Of a stretch of 64,000 nucleotides of DNA, positions 26,980-35,588 are shown piece after piece (position 1 is the stretch's first letter; every line of letters begins with the position of its first letter). The DNA lies in IMG/VR virus record IMGVR_UViG_3300031277_000001, positions 1,466-65,465 of that record, one strand, 5' to 3'. This DNA is from a virus. Lineage: Duplodnaviria > Caudoviricetes. The notes beneath the pieces were generated by a model that ran no database searches, was not told the origin of the DNA, and worked only from the letters and a program-made list of their open reading frames with translations. The position numbers were made by a program, and so were the translations under genes.

Positions 26980-29598
26980 TCATTCCCCCGCCTTCAACGT
27001 CCCGCAACTCTCCATCTCGGCCCAACTCCCGTCAACAGCCGAGCGCTCTTTCTCAACGGTGAGCGGAACTATGATCCAAGGCCAGAACTCTCGGACCTTC
27101 TTCGTACCGTAGTCGTACACGAGGCGATCAAACAACTTCTCGTCGTCGGGATGCACGTCCGCAACAATAGAATCATGAATCTGCCCTATTACAAAAGATC
27201 TATCAAGATGTTGGGTAGCCTCGGACACCTTGACAAACGTCCAGAGGAGGATATGAAACGCGCTTCCCTGGACCCTGTAGTTGATCACCTCGTTCCTCTT
27301 CATGGGACCCCAACATCGAAAGTCCGTGTACATGTCGATATAACCGCACTTCTCGTAATCCACAACCGTTTGCTTCTTCCATGCGGCGTACACCTTGAAT
27401 CGCTCTCCCCAAAATCTCCTATCACACTTCTCAACATGGGACTCGAAGTCGTCAAAATCTCGGACGCCCTTCTCACGTAGCCATCCCCGGGTCTCCTCGG
27501 ACATCCTCTTCCACATATCTGGAGCAGTCTGCTCGTAGAAGGAACCATAGAAGGAAGGAAACACGAAACCATTCTTGGCGAGGTACCTCTCTTGCTTTGA
27601 CACCTTCTCCTTGTCCTTCTTGAAGATCTCAGCAGCCATGTCACGATGCATGTCGGCGTTGGGGTCCTCGATGTACCGGATGAGATTGGGATCCTTGTTG
27701 TAGCAAGCCGCTGTGCACACTTCAGTCTGCTTGAAGTCATACTCCACGAGGCGATTTCCTCTCCTGGGAACAATCAACGAACGTATGACGTGCTTGATCT
27801 TCTCGTCTCTCTTTGGAACGTTCTGGAAGTTCGGACTACTTGAAGAAGATCGAAACGTATCGACGTTACCCAAGCCGAAGAAGGGGTGGATGTATCCTCG
27901 AACCATCTCTCTCTCATACTGTCCCAAGTATGTCTTCCGAGCCTTACTCCATCGCCGAAACTCGAGGACTTCCTTGGCGAGCGGGACATCAAGACCTTCA
28001 AGAGCCTTCTCGTCCACAGACCTCTTGCCTCCAGATGTCCGTGCCCTGGATCTCACTTCGAGGATGTCAAAGAGAAGATGTGCCAACTGATCTGGAGAAC
28101 CTACGTTGAACTTATTCTTGCCATCCCATCTCTTCACCTCGGGGCTATCATAAATCCTCTCTTCTATGCAGCGGATCCTCCTATCAATAGAGGCGCGCAC
28201 CTCTTCCAATTTCTCCCTTTCAACACGGACACCATTGTTCTGTGCCCTTGCAAGCCACTGACTTGACTCAAAGAAGAATCTCGCTCCGGTCAGGAGTCGC
28301 TTCTTTGAGTCAAACTCCTTCCTTTGGATCACAAACAACTCCCTAGTAAAAAAAGAGTCCTCCCCGTTGTAAAGCAAGACCTTCCCCATGGGAGCTTCCT
28401 CTATTCTATTAAAAGCGTTAGCAGAGTCTGCATCCTCCCCAGGAGATGCGGTCGTAATGTATGGATCAACGTCTTCATCATAACCTAGGACCCCTAGATT
28501 TTTGTAGACCTGAAACTTCAAACCGACGTTCTTTCTATTGTTGAGACAATGAGCCGCGAGCATAGTGTCCCACCTCGGCCCCGAAATCTTCTTCCCTAGG
28601 CAGTACAAAGACCACATTTCCTCGAAAGACATGTTGTGACAAATCTTGCCTATGTCAGAGTCAAGAAATCTTCCCCAAGCTTCCTTGACTTTATCATCTG
28701 AGAACGAAAAAGCCTTGGTATCATGTCCGTCACAGAAAGATACAGACACAATCCTATGTCCTTCTCTGTGAGGTTTCTTCCCTGTGGTTTCATAATCAAA
28801 AGCAACCCAGGAGGGACTCCTCATCAAGAGATCCTCTATCCAAGCAACAGCTAAATCTGGGTCCTCCGTGATGTCAACTTTACTTCTCTTGTATGAAGGG
28901 AAATCAGCAGAAACAACAGATAGCACTGCACGTAACTGCTTCTTATACTGTGCTTCGAGAACCTTGTCGCCCCCCAAACGTACAAGATATGAAGGATGAT
29001 AGACGGGACAAATCCACATTCCCAACTCCTGGTCAGGAATGACCTCTCCCACCCAATTAGAATACTTGATCTTCTTGATCCTTCCCACCATGCGAGGACC
29101 CATGTAGGCATCAAAGGCAGATTCACCTACGAGGAGAACTGCCTTGGGCTTGTACATCTCAATCGTGTTGAGAAGATTTCTTCTACAGATCCGCAGTTCC
29201 TTAGGACTTGGACTTCTATTCTTGGGAGGTCTACAAATCAACGCATTGGTCTTCCAGAAGTCCTTATCAAGATCAAGGTCAAGTTCTGACAAGATGTCAC
29301 GAAAATACTGTCCTGTCTTCCCTACAAGCTGAGTACCTTTCCTGTCCTCGGTCTCTCCTGGGGCCTCGGCCACAACCAAAATCTCCTTGTCCCCACGACC
29401 ACTAGGCTGCATCTTCGGAGATTCACAAGTCTTGTAGAGCCCACAATTCTCACAAGTCTCAACCTTCGTAGAACGCGAGGAAGAGGACCTCCCCCGAGTT
29501 GGAGCAACACCTCTTCTTTCCCGCTCGGACTGCTTCTCGGCCTTTGTCTTCATAGCATAGAGGCCGACATTCATCTCTTCAAAGAAACCACCCTTCAC
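26980..29598 (-). CDS. polA: Family A DNA polymerase with N-terminal family-4 uracil-DNA glycosylase-like domain (SPO1-type)
   Basis: CxxC.L, VAEAPG..ED..G..LVG, CRPP.NR.P, YHPSY; exonuclease DYETTG and HNMSFE; R.SSSSPNFQNVP, D..Q.E, R..AK...F...YG, QIHDS. Confidence 0.95.
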   Translation of the reverse strand: MKGGFFEEMNVGLYAMKTKAEKQSERERRGVAPTRGRSSSSRSTKVETCENCGLYKTCESPKMQPSGRGDKEILVVAEAPGETEDRKGTQLVGKTGQYFRDILSELDLDLDKDFWKTNALICRPPKNRSPSPKELRICRRNLLNTIEMYKPKAVLLVGESAFDAYMGPRMVGRIKKIKYSNWVGEVIPDQELGMWICPVYHPSYLVRLGGDKVLEAQYKKQLRAVLSVVSADFPSYKRSKVDITEDPDLAVAWIEDLLMRSPSWVAFDYETTGKKPHREGHRIVSVSFCDGHDTKAFSFSDDKVKEAWGRFLDSDIGKICHNMSFEEMWSLYCLGKKISGPRWDTMLAAHCLNNRKNVGLKFQVYKNLGVLGYDEDVDPYITTASPGEDADSANAFNRIEEAPMGKVLLYNGEDSFFTRELFVIQRKEFDSKKRLLTGARFFFESSQWLARAQNNGVRVEREKLEEVRASIDRRIRCIEERIYDSPEVKRWDGKNKFNVGSPDQLAHLLFDILEVRSRARTSGGKRSVDEKALEGLDVPLAKEVLEFRRWSKARKTYLGQYEREMVRGYIHPFFGLGNVDTFRSSSSSPNFQNVPKRDEKIKHVIRSLIVPRRGNRLVEYDFKQTEVCTAACYNKDPNLIRYIEDPNADMHRDMAAEIFKKDKEKVSKQERYLAKNGFVFPSFYGSFYEQTAPDMWKRMSEETRGWLREKGVRDFDDFESHVEKCDRRFWGERFKVYAAWKKQTVVDYEKCGYIDMYTDFRCWGPMKRNEVINYRVQGSAFHILLWTFVKVSEATQHLDRSFVIGQIHDSIVADVHPDDEKLFDRLVYDYGTKKVREFWPWIIVPLTVEKERSAVDGSWAEMESCGTLKAGE

Positions 29599-30671
29599 TA
29601 CTTTGTGTCCTCAATGGTGTAGGCTGCTAAGAAGCACTTGGAGTTGGGACCTACAAACACGAGTCGACGAAATCCTTGATATTCCTTCAAATAGATCTCC
29701 TTCGACCTCTCTAGAGCGTACACAGTAGAGGAGGACTCCAAGGTCACCTGGATAGGCGTGTCCATGCCCTTGGGAGGATCCTTCCACTCAATCTTCTCGA
29801 AGTACTTCCCGATGGCTCTCTGGGACTCACACTCAATGCCTTCCTTCGAGAAAGTAATCTTGAGCAACTCCATCCCACCATACTCAATAGAGAGCACGTT
29901 TGCCCTTCCTATCATCTGCTTGAAGGAGGAGGGGAGGACTCCTTGAGGATCTTCCTCTACCTTCTCCATCGCAACGACGGTACTCAAGATCTTGTCAAAA
30001 GGGTAGTCTGTGTCCATCTTCTTTCTTCCTGACACGATGGTCCCGTCAGGGAGCTTGAGAAAGAGACGCGTCTGCGAGTGCGCCACCGCAGTCATGTTAT
30101 CAAACTTGAGGAGCTCCGTCACGACCTTCTCTTCAATCAAGAAGTCTCCCATGGGATCCTTCATCACGAAGAAGTTGAGCCTCTTGGAATCGACGGAGAG
30201 GACAGTCTTGTCCTTAACACGAACACCTTCAAGAGCATACTCTCTCAAACCGAGAAGACAGAAGTTAAGGGCTGCACGAAAGTCCTCCGACACAGGCTCC
30301 CAGGAAAGAGCCTCCATGTCCATCTTCTCCACTTGCTTGAGAACAGCATCCTCTTGGTAGGCGAAGGTAGCCTTGGATCTACCACACATGATGTCCACTC
30401 CGGCCTCTGTGACCTCTATGTCCACCGTGTCCTCAGTGTACTTGGTCAACAGCGAATAGAACTCGGCTGCGCGGATGGACCCCTTGAGAAACTTAAACGT
30501 CTCTCCCAAGAAGATAGACACAGCTACGAAGTCCTTGAAGGCATGGACGTAGCCCTCCTTGAAGGAAAACGAGTTGTTCTGGAATTCCCCTCTCTCAGCC
30601 CCTATCATCGACGTCTGCAATTTCTCCAGAAGCGCTTTTCGATCCACTTGCATTCCGATCTCCTCTCTCAT
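29598..30671 (-). CDS. Putative sliding clamp (beta-clamp-like)
   Basis: About 350 aa, N-terminus QVDRKALLEKL, DYP linker, adjacent to pol with dnaX nearby. Confidence 0.6.
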   Translation of the reverse strand: MREEIGMQVDRKALLEKLQTSMIGAERGEFQNNSFSFKEGYVHAFKDFVAVSIFLGETFKFLKGSIRAAEFYSLLTKYTEDTVDIEVTEAGVDIMCGRSKATFAYQEDAVLKQVEKMDMEALSWEPVSEDFRAALNFCLLGLREYALEGVRVKDKTVLSVDSKRLNFFVMKDPMGDFLIEEKVVTELLKFDNMTAVAHSQTRLFLKLPDGTIVSGRKKMDTDYPFDKILSTVVAMEKVEEDPQGVLPSSFKQMIGRANVLSIEYGGMELLKITFSKEGIECESQRAIGKYFEKIEWKDPPKGMDTPIQVTLESSSTVYALERSKEIYLKEYQGFRRLVFVGPNSKCFLAAYTIEDTK

Positions 30672-30813
30672 ATTCTTCTTTCTTCTTCATGAAATTATCA
30701 AGTTCTGACTTGTAAAAGTACGACTTCAAGATGTGTAAATCTTTGATCTTGTCTTCTATCTTCTTGAGATAATCCTCATTCAAGTTGTAGAATCCAGCAT
30801 AGAAAATAATCAT
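30595..30813 (-). CDS. Small protein resembling the N-terminal strands of DpdA/TGT barrels
   Basis: MIIFYAG...HILKSYFY. Confidence 0.5.
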   Translation of the reverse strand: MIIFYAGFYNLNEDYLKKIEDKIKDLHILKSYFYKSELDNFMKKKEEYERGDRNASGSKSASGEIADVDDRG

Positions 30814-31148
30814 GACAACCCCATCGACTTCAAGATCTCCGAGCCATCACAGAAAGAAGGACCGCGGAGAGCCGCTTCCTTCTGCTTACTCCTCTCTTCT
30901 ACTAACTTGACGACAGCATCAAAGACATAGCACTGCATCTTCATCTGCTCACTTTTGTTCAAAGTCGCAGGGAAGGGGAGGGCTTGGAGAGTCCCAACGG
31001 GTTCCCACATGTCTTGAGATATACGATGCAACTCATCCAAGGAAAACTCTCCAAGAATCAAATCAACACGAACCATCAAAGGCTTGAGGAGCTCCGCCAA
31101 CAAAATATTCCTCTCAAGTTTATTGTCTCCCACGGGTTCCTCCATCAT
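30810..31148 (-). CDS. Hypothetical protein
   Basis: 112 aa ORF with ATGA overlaps on both sides. Confidence 0.6.
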   Translation of the reverse strand: MMEEPVGDNKLERNILLAELLKPLMVRVDLILGEFSLDELHRISQDMWEPVGTLQALPFPATLNKSEQMKMQCYVFDAVVKLVEERSKQKEAALRGPSFCDGSEILKSMGLS

Positions 31149-32023
31149 GTAAAATTGAATCCTTGAGCCAAGAACTCCTTGCCCTTGTAGCGTCGGTGAG
31201 GAAAAGGCTCAAGCCTGGACAAAAATTCTTCAAAGAAGAGGATATTGATCACCTCCCTCTGGCGATGGGAGTTACTAAGCCCTTCTTCAACAACTTTCTC
31301 CATACCATTCTCAGAAATAGACTTCCCCCATGAAAATCCTCGCATGGACACATACTCCATGACCTTCTCTTTCTCCTGAGTAGATAGCGTGGAGAAACGC
31401 CTCATCACGATCTCTCTCATCGTTCCGCGAAGAGTGATCTTCGTGGCCAAGGGCGTCCTGTCATACATGAACTCTCCCTTGGCGTTCCAGCGAGGAACGA
31501 GGATCCCTCCATATCCTGCACAGAGACGCCAGGTCATGGAATCACAGGAGAACCACGGGTACCTGTAGAGCATCTCAACTGAGGTCACTGCGAATCCATG
31601 CGTCTTGACCAACGGATACCCCGCGTCGTCTGTCGTGTGCATCATGCACTCATCAAGCCAGCGGACCTTGCTTCTGTGCACCGAGTCGTTGGCGGGGGAG
31701 AGTCCTATGTAGGGAATCTCCTTGACCATCTTCTTCAACCACTTCCAGTCTTCATGTTGGTGGAAGACGTGAATCAACTTGTCCTTCTCGATGCCCTTGG
31801 AAAGCATGTACTCGTAGTTCGCGTAGCCCTTGCGGGCGGACTCCTCAAACTCGTCCCGAGATGGCTTGCGACCAAACTCTCCAGGAATGGAATCCAGATT
31901 GACGTAGTAGGAGAACTTGTCCCTGTTCTTCTTGATGTACTCCACATACTCGTCAAGATCAACAGCGTCCTTCTGCGTCCACGCCGAGAATGCTCCACTA
32001 TCAAGGAGCATCGAGAAGTTCAT
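31145..32023 (-). CDS. dpdA: DNA 7-deazaguanine transglycosylase (TGT-like)
   Basis: LLDSGAFSAW, NLD.IPG, VFH, YIGLS, HGFAVT, YPW.SCDS.TW; directly follows queF. Confidence 0.8.
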   Translation of the reverse strand: MNFSMLLDSGAFSAWTQKDAVDLDEYVEYIKKNRDKFSYYVNLDSIPGEFGRKPSRDEFEESARKGYANYEYMLSKGIEKDKLIHVFHQHEDWKWLKKMVKEIPYIGLSPANDSVHRSKVRWLDECMMHTTDDAGYPLVKTHGFAVTSVEMLYRYPWFSCDSMTWRLCAGYGGILVPRWNAKGEFMYDRTPLATKITLRGTMREIVMRRFSTLSTQEKEKVMEYVSMRGFSWGKSISENGMEKVVEEGLSNSHRQREVINILFFEEFLSRLEPFPHRRYKGKEFLAQGFNFT

Positions 32024-32466
32024 ATCTTGCTCCCCACATGAATCTTCGTCGTGATTCCTCCTCGAATAGCCACCTCAATGTCCACGGACAAATCATCAGG
32101 ACCAACAACACTATGAAAATCTTGATAAATCTTCGCCGCAAGGTGCTCATGAGAGATAGGAAGTTCCCGATAGTCCAAGAGATAAAACTTCAACGCCTTG
32201 AGCTCCGGGACACTCTTGCGAGGTACATATCTGATGCGAAGCTTGTTGATGTCTGGCAAGAACGTCACAGGACACAAAGAAATCAACTCGTCCGTGGCGT
32301 ACTCAACAACCTCTGCCACAAGTCCCACATAAGGGATCAACACAAGATGAAAGTGAGGAAGTACGACGTCCATGGAGTCCTGCACTCTCTGCCTATAGAT
32401 TGCCTCCGTAGCGTTCTCCATCGTAGTGAGAGGCTTCCACTTCCTAACATCATCCATCGTCACCAT
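32020..32466 (-). CDS. queF: PreQ0 reductase (QueF)
   Basis: SLCPVT..PD (catalytic C/D), QueF motif ELKALKFYL, SHE, RGGI. Confidence 0.85.
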   Translation of the reverse strand: MVTMDDVRKWKPLTTMENATEAIYRQRVQDSMDVVLPHFHLVLIPYVGLVAEVVEYATDELISLCPVTFLPDINKLRIRYVPRKSVPELKALKFYLLDYRELPISHEHLAAKIYQDFHSVVGPDDLSVDIEVAIRGGITTKIHVGSKI

Positions 32467-33092
32467 CCATAACCTCCTTGTAGTATCTGCATGTCCTTGA
32501 GCTTGTTCTCCTCGAAACCGAAGTAGTTCAACCAGTCCAGGAGTCTCTTGAGCTTTCTCCGTATGTCCAGGGACTCCTGCGGTGAGCAGTAGTCGCGTAT
32601 GATGCACTTGCAACCCCTCGTCTTGCCATCACACTGGAGCATGTTCCAAGCCCTCCCGAACGTCCTTGTCATGAGAATAGCTCGCTCCTTGTTGTGAAGA
32701 AACCTCAATATCTCGAAGTCGCAGGAGAAGGGTCGAAGATCGTGAATCTTGCAGCGTCCCGTGATTTTCTCGAGATACTTGCAGTGGTAATCTTTGTTCT
32801 CCTCCTGGAGATCCGAGAACACCGTGTAGTTCTTGTCGTTGATTCTTATCTGCCGAGGAGTGAGCTTCAACGCGTCTATGGCTTCCCTCTCCGAGGGGAG
32901 ATAGTCCAAGGAAAATCGAGGACAGCACGCCCCGCATCCAGAAGGGCAAGTGAACTCTCGCATCAACTTGGGAGAGATCTGCAACTTCTTCGAGGGTTCA
33001 ACAAGCACTCCCTTGTAATAGAAAGGACTACTTGCACAAGAAGCCACGTAAGATAACATGATCTTGTCTACAGAATCAGTGTACTGTGGCAC
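32460..33092 (-). CDS. CxxxCxxCC cysteine-cluster protein (YkgJ/PF03692-like; candidate preQ1-modifying enzyme)
   Basis: CPSGCGACC ... C.YL....GRC.IH..RPFSC; between queC and queF. Confidence 0.7.
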   Translation of the reverse strand: MPQYTDSVDKIMLSYVASCASSPFYYKGVLVEPSKKLQISPKLMREFTCPSGCGACCPRFSLDYLPSEREAIDALKLTPRQIRINDKNYTVFSDLQEENKDYHCKYLEKITGRCKIHDLRPFSCDFEILRFLHNKERAILMTRTFGRAWNMLQCDGKTRGCKCIIRDYCSPQESLDIRRKLKRLLDWLNYFGFEENKLKDMQILQGGYGW

Positions 33093-33101
33093 GTGTTCTC
33101 C

Positions 33102-33854
33102 TTAAAAGGGCGTTCCTTCGAGATCTGGGTCACCTGCGTCCGACGCCATCTCCTTGGTGACGCGACGCGGCGTCTCGTTGGTTTCTTCCTCTTGCATCTC
33201 TCGTTCAAGGACGTCTTCGTAGTTGGTGTTGTCGAATCCCTGGAGAGCTTCCTTGCGCTCCGTGCACGCTCCGCACTTGCCGCAGTGGTACTCTCCTCCC
33301 TTGTAGCACGTCCAGGTGTTCCTCCCGAAGTCGATGCCGAGACCATGTCCGATGAGTCCTATGGCTCTCTTGGACAAGTAGATGTAGGGAGCCGCAATCA
33401 TGATGTGCTCGTAAGTCCCCATGGCCATGGACTGACTCATGGAGGCGATAAAGTTAGGACGACAGTCGGGATAGATGGCGTGATCTCCCGAGTGAACTCC
33501 TATCAAGACACCTGTGCAACCAGAAGATGCTGCAACGGCACAGGCGATGGAAAGCATCATCCCGTTTCGAAAGGGAACAACCGTCTTCTTCTGGCTCTCG
33601 TCCTCGTAGTGCCCTTCGGGAATGTCATCACCCCCTTGGAGAAGATTTGATCGAAGCATGGGCAACAGCTGCGAGAGATCAATGACCTCATGGGGAACGC
33701 CCAAAGACTCGCAGTTCTTCTTGGCAAACTCCAGTTCTTTGAGATGCTTCTGTCCATAGAAGAAAGACAGTGCTTTCTTGATGTTCTCCTTTTCCTGGTG
33801 GAGCAAGGTGACACTATCCATTCCCCCCGACACGATAATCAACTTATCTTTCAT
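33102..33854 (-). CDS. queC: 7-cyano-7-deazaguanine synthase
   Basis: SGGMDS, YGQKH.KE, VPFRN, YPDCRP.F, TWTCY.G...HCGKCGAC.ER. Confidence 0.95.
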   Translation of the reverse strand: MKDKLIIVSGGMDSVTLLHQEKENIKKALSFFYGQKHLKELEFAKKNCESLGVPHEVIDLSQLLPMLRSNLLQGGDDIPEGHYEDESQKKTVVPFRNGMMLSIACAVAASSGCTGVLIGVHSGDHAIYPDCRPNFIASMSQSMAMGTYEHIMIAAPYIYLSKRAIGLIGHGLGIDFGRNTWTCYKGGEYHCGKCGACTERKEALQGFDNTNYEDVLEREMQEEETNETPRRVTKEMASDAGDPDLEGTPF

Positions 33855-33857
33855 ATC

Positions 33858-34484
33858 TTACCTCCCTACCAATGAAAGAAATTCTGCCCTGACTTCTGGC
33901 TGGAGGAATACTCCACGCAGGGCAGATGTGATAATTTTGGATTCTTGTTGATATGCTCCCCGCATCTTCATGCAGTAATGTGTCCCTTCAACAAACACAG
34001 CCGAACCTCCTGACTGAATGCCTAAAAACAACTTGTTGGCAATATCCTCAGTCAAAGTCTCTTGAAGAACTGGGCGCTTAGCCAAAATAGAAGACAACCG
34101 AGCCAACTTTGATACACCAAGAACGCGGCCGGCGGGAATGTAGGCGAGGTTGACTGTGTACTCCACGGGGAGGAGATGATGGGGACACATCGAATAGACA
34201 CGAATCCCTCGAGCTATGATCATCTCTTTACATTCCCCAGGAAATGTGGCAGAAAGAATCTTTTCTACCTGCATGTCAGTATCACGCAAGCCTCCGAAGA
34301 TTTCTGCATAGGCTCGAGCAACACGAGCTGGGGTGTCTTTGAAGTTTTCATCTTGACTGTTCAAACCATAAAGAGAGGCGAGACCTTGTAGTATGAACGC
34401 CACTCCATCTTCAATCATCTGAGTTCCATCTCGTTCCATTATCGCACTCCTATCAACTTGTGGATTTGCAACGACAATCTCCAC
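33858..34484 (-). CDS. folE: GTP cyclohydrolase I
   Basis: DTPARVARAY, SMCPHHLLP, GVSKLAR, LQE.LT, HYCM.MRG. Confidence 0.95.
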   Translation of the reverse strand: MEIVVANPQVDRSAIMERDGTQMIEDGVAFILQGLASLYGLNSQDENFKDTPARVARAYAEIFGGLRDTDMQVEKILSATFPGECKEMIIARGIRVYSMCPHHLLPVEYTVNLAYIPAGRVLGVSKLARLSSILAKRPVLQETLTEDIANKLFLGIQSGGSAVFVEGTHYCMKMRGAYQQESKIITSALRGVFLQPEVRAEFLSLVGR

Positions 34485-35083
34485 TCCAAAGGGAGCTTCT
34501 TGACTGCATCAACTGTCGCTTCAACATTCTTGTTGTCGTTGGGCTGCAAGAAAAAGTGATAAAATCCCTCACGTATGCCTATTCTTCCCAAGAGGGGTTG
34601 ATAAGGCATAGCAGGAACAACGTATCTTCGCAGCTCCTCAATAGACTGCCCTGTATACACGAGTTTCAACTCGTCTCCAACGCGCTGCTTCCAGTTGAAA
34701 TCCTTAGGAGAAACTGTCAACCACTCCACCTTACGATGATCAAAATGAAAGTCTCCATTCGTCTCCACATGAACACGAAAACAAGAAGAATGCAAGCATT
34801 CTACCAAGTCAAGGAGACCTTGCATCTGGAACGTAGGCTCGCCCCCAGTGATTACAACACGGTTGCAGTCGGATCTCTCGGCAAGAGTGAGGACCTCGTC
34901 CATGATCTCATCGCAACTCATCACAGTAAATGGCAAGTGAATTGTGTCGCAAAACGAACAAGTTCTATTGCACCCTGAGAAGCGAACAAATATGGCGGGG
35001 GTCCCTGTCCAATAACCTTCACCCTGGATGGAGTAGAAAATCTCGTTGATCTTAATCTTCAACTCAGGACTGGTTGCCGTCAT
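34439..35083 (-). CDS. queE: 7-carboxy-7-deazaguanine synthase (radical SAM)
   Basis: EIFYSIQGEG..TG.PAIFVRFSGCNRTCSFCDT, TGGEP, ETNG, SPK, LSLQ.HK. Confidence 0.95.
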   Translation of the reverse strand: MTATSPELKIKINEIFYSIQGEGYWTGTPAIFVRFSGCNRTCSFCDTIHLPFTVMSCDEIMDEVLTLAERSDCNRVVITGGEPTFQMQGLLDLVECLHSSCFRVHVETNGDFHFDHRKVEWLTVSPKDFNWKQRVGDELKLVYTGQSIEELRRYVVPAMPYQPLLGRIGIREGFYHFFLQPNDNKNVEATVDAVKKLPLEWRLSLQIHKLIGVR

Positions 35084-35396
35084 ACGTCACCACCGAACCT
35101 TCACTCTCCTCCACATCCACCTTGTAGCAGTAGGGGATCTGATCACACAACCACTTTGCAATGTTCTCCGCCGTGGGCTGCTCAACATAATCGTTGATAA
35201 AGTGATGATCAAGAACGTTGACCGTCTCCTTGATCTTCGAAAAGTCAAACACCATCCCATTCTCATCGAGACTTTCACGACGACAGTATATTGTAATTTT
35301 CCACGCATGCCCGTGAACATTCTGACACTTCGACGGATAATTGAGATCCAGTCGATGCGCTGCTGCTACAACAACCACCTTCTTCAAGTAGAACAC
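35064..35396 (-). CDS. queD: 6-carboxytetrahydropterin synthase
   Basis: AAH.L....KCQNVHGH, GMV.DF, LDH..IN, PTAENIA. Confidence 0.95.
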   Translation of the reverse strand: MFYLKKVVVVAAAHRLDLNYPSKCQNVHGHAWKITIYCRRESLDENGMVFDFSKIKETVNVLDHHFINDYVEQPTAENIAKWLCDQIPYCYKVDVEESEGSVVTYDGNQS

Positions 35397-35548
35397 TTCT
35401 TCACCTCTCCTTCAACAAGTTCCAACCCCATCATAGCCAATCCTATCCCGAAAAGAATACTAATCTTAGTTCTCTCCTTCTCTCTCTTCGTAGGCTGCAT
35501 CATGATAGTATAGGCTTGATCTACAGTCCACTTCAAGTAGGGTTTCAT
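35384..35548 (-). CDS. Small hypothetical protein (54 aa), possibly leaderless
   Basis: Manual translation MKPYLKWTVDQAY...; ATG a few nt after the promoter motif. Confidence 0.4.
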   Translation of the reverse strand: MKPYLKWTVDQAYTIMMQPTKREKERTKISILFGIGLAMMGLELVEGEVKKCST

Positions 35549-35550
35549 AT

Positions 35551-35586
35551 CATATTATTGGTCTAACTCCCCCAAAGTTTGAAAAA
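35551..35586 (-). promoter_or_regulatory. Phage-specific promoter motif, copy 3 (heads the que/dpd operon)
   Basis: TTTTCAAAC-13 nt-GACCAATAA. Confidence 0.7.
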
Positions 35587-35588
35587 TA

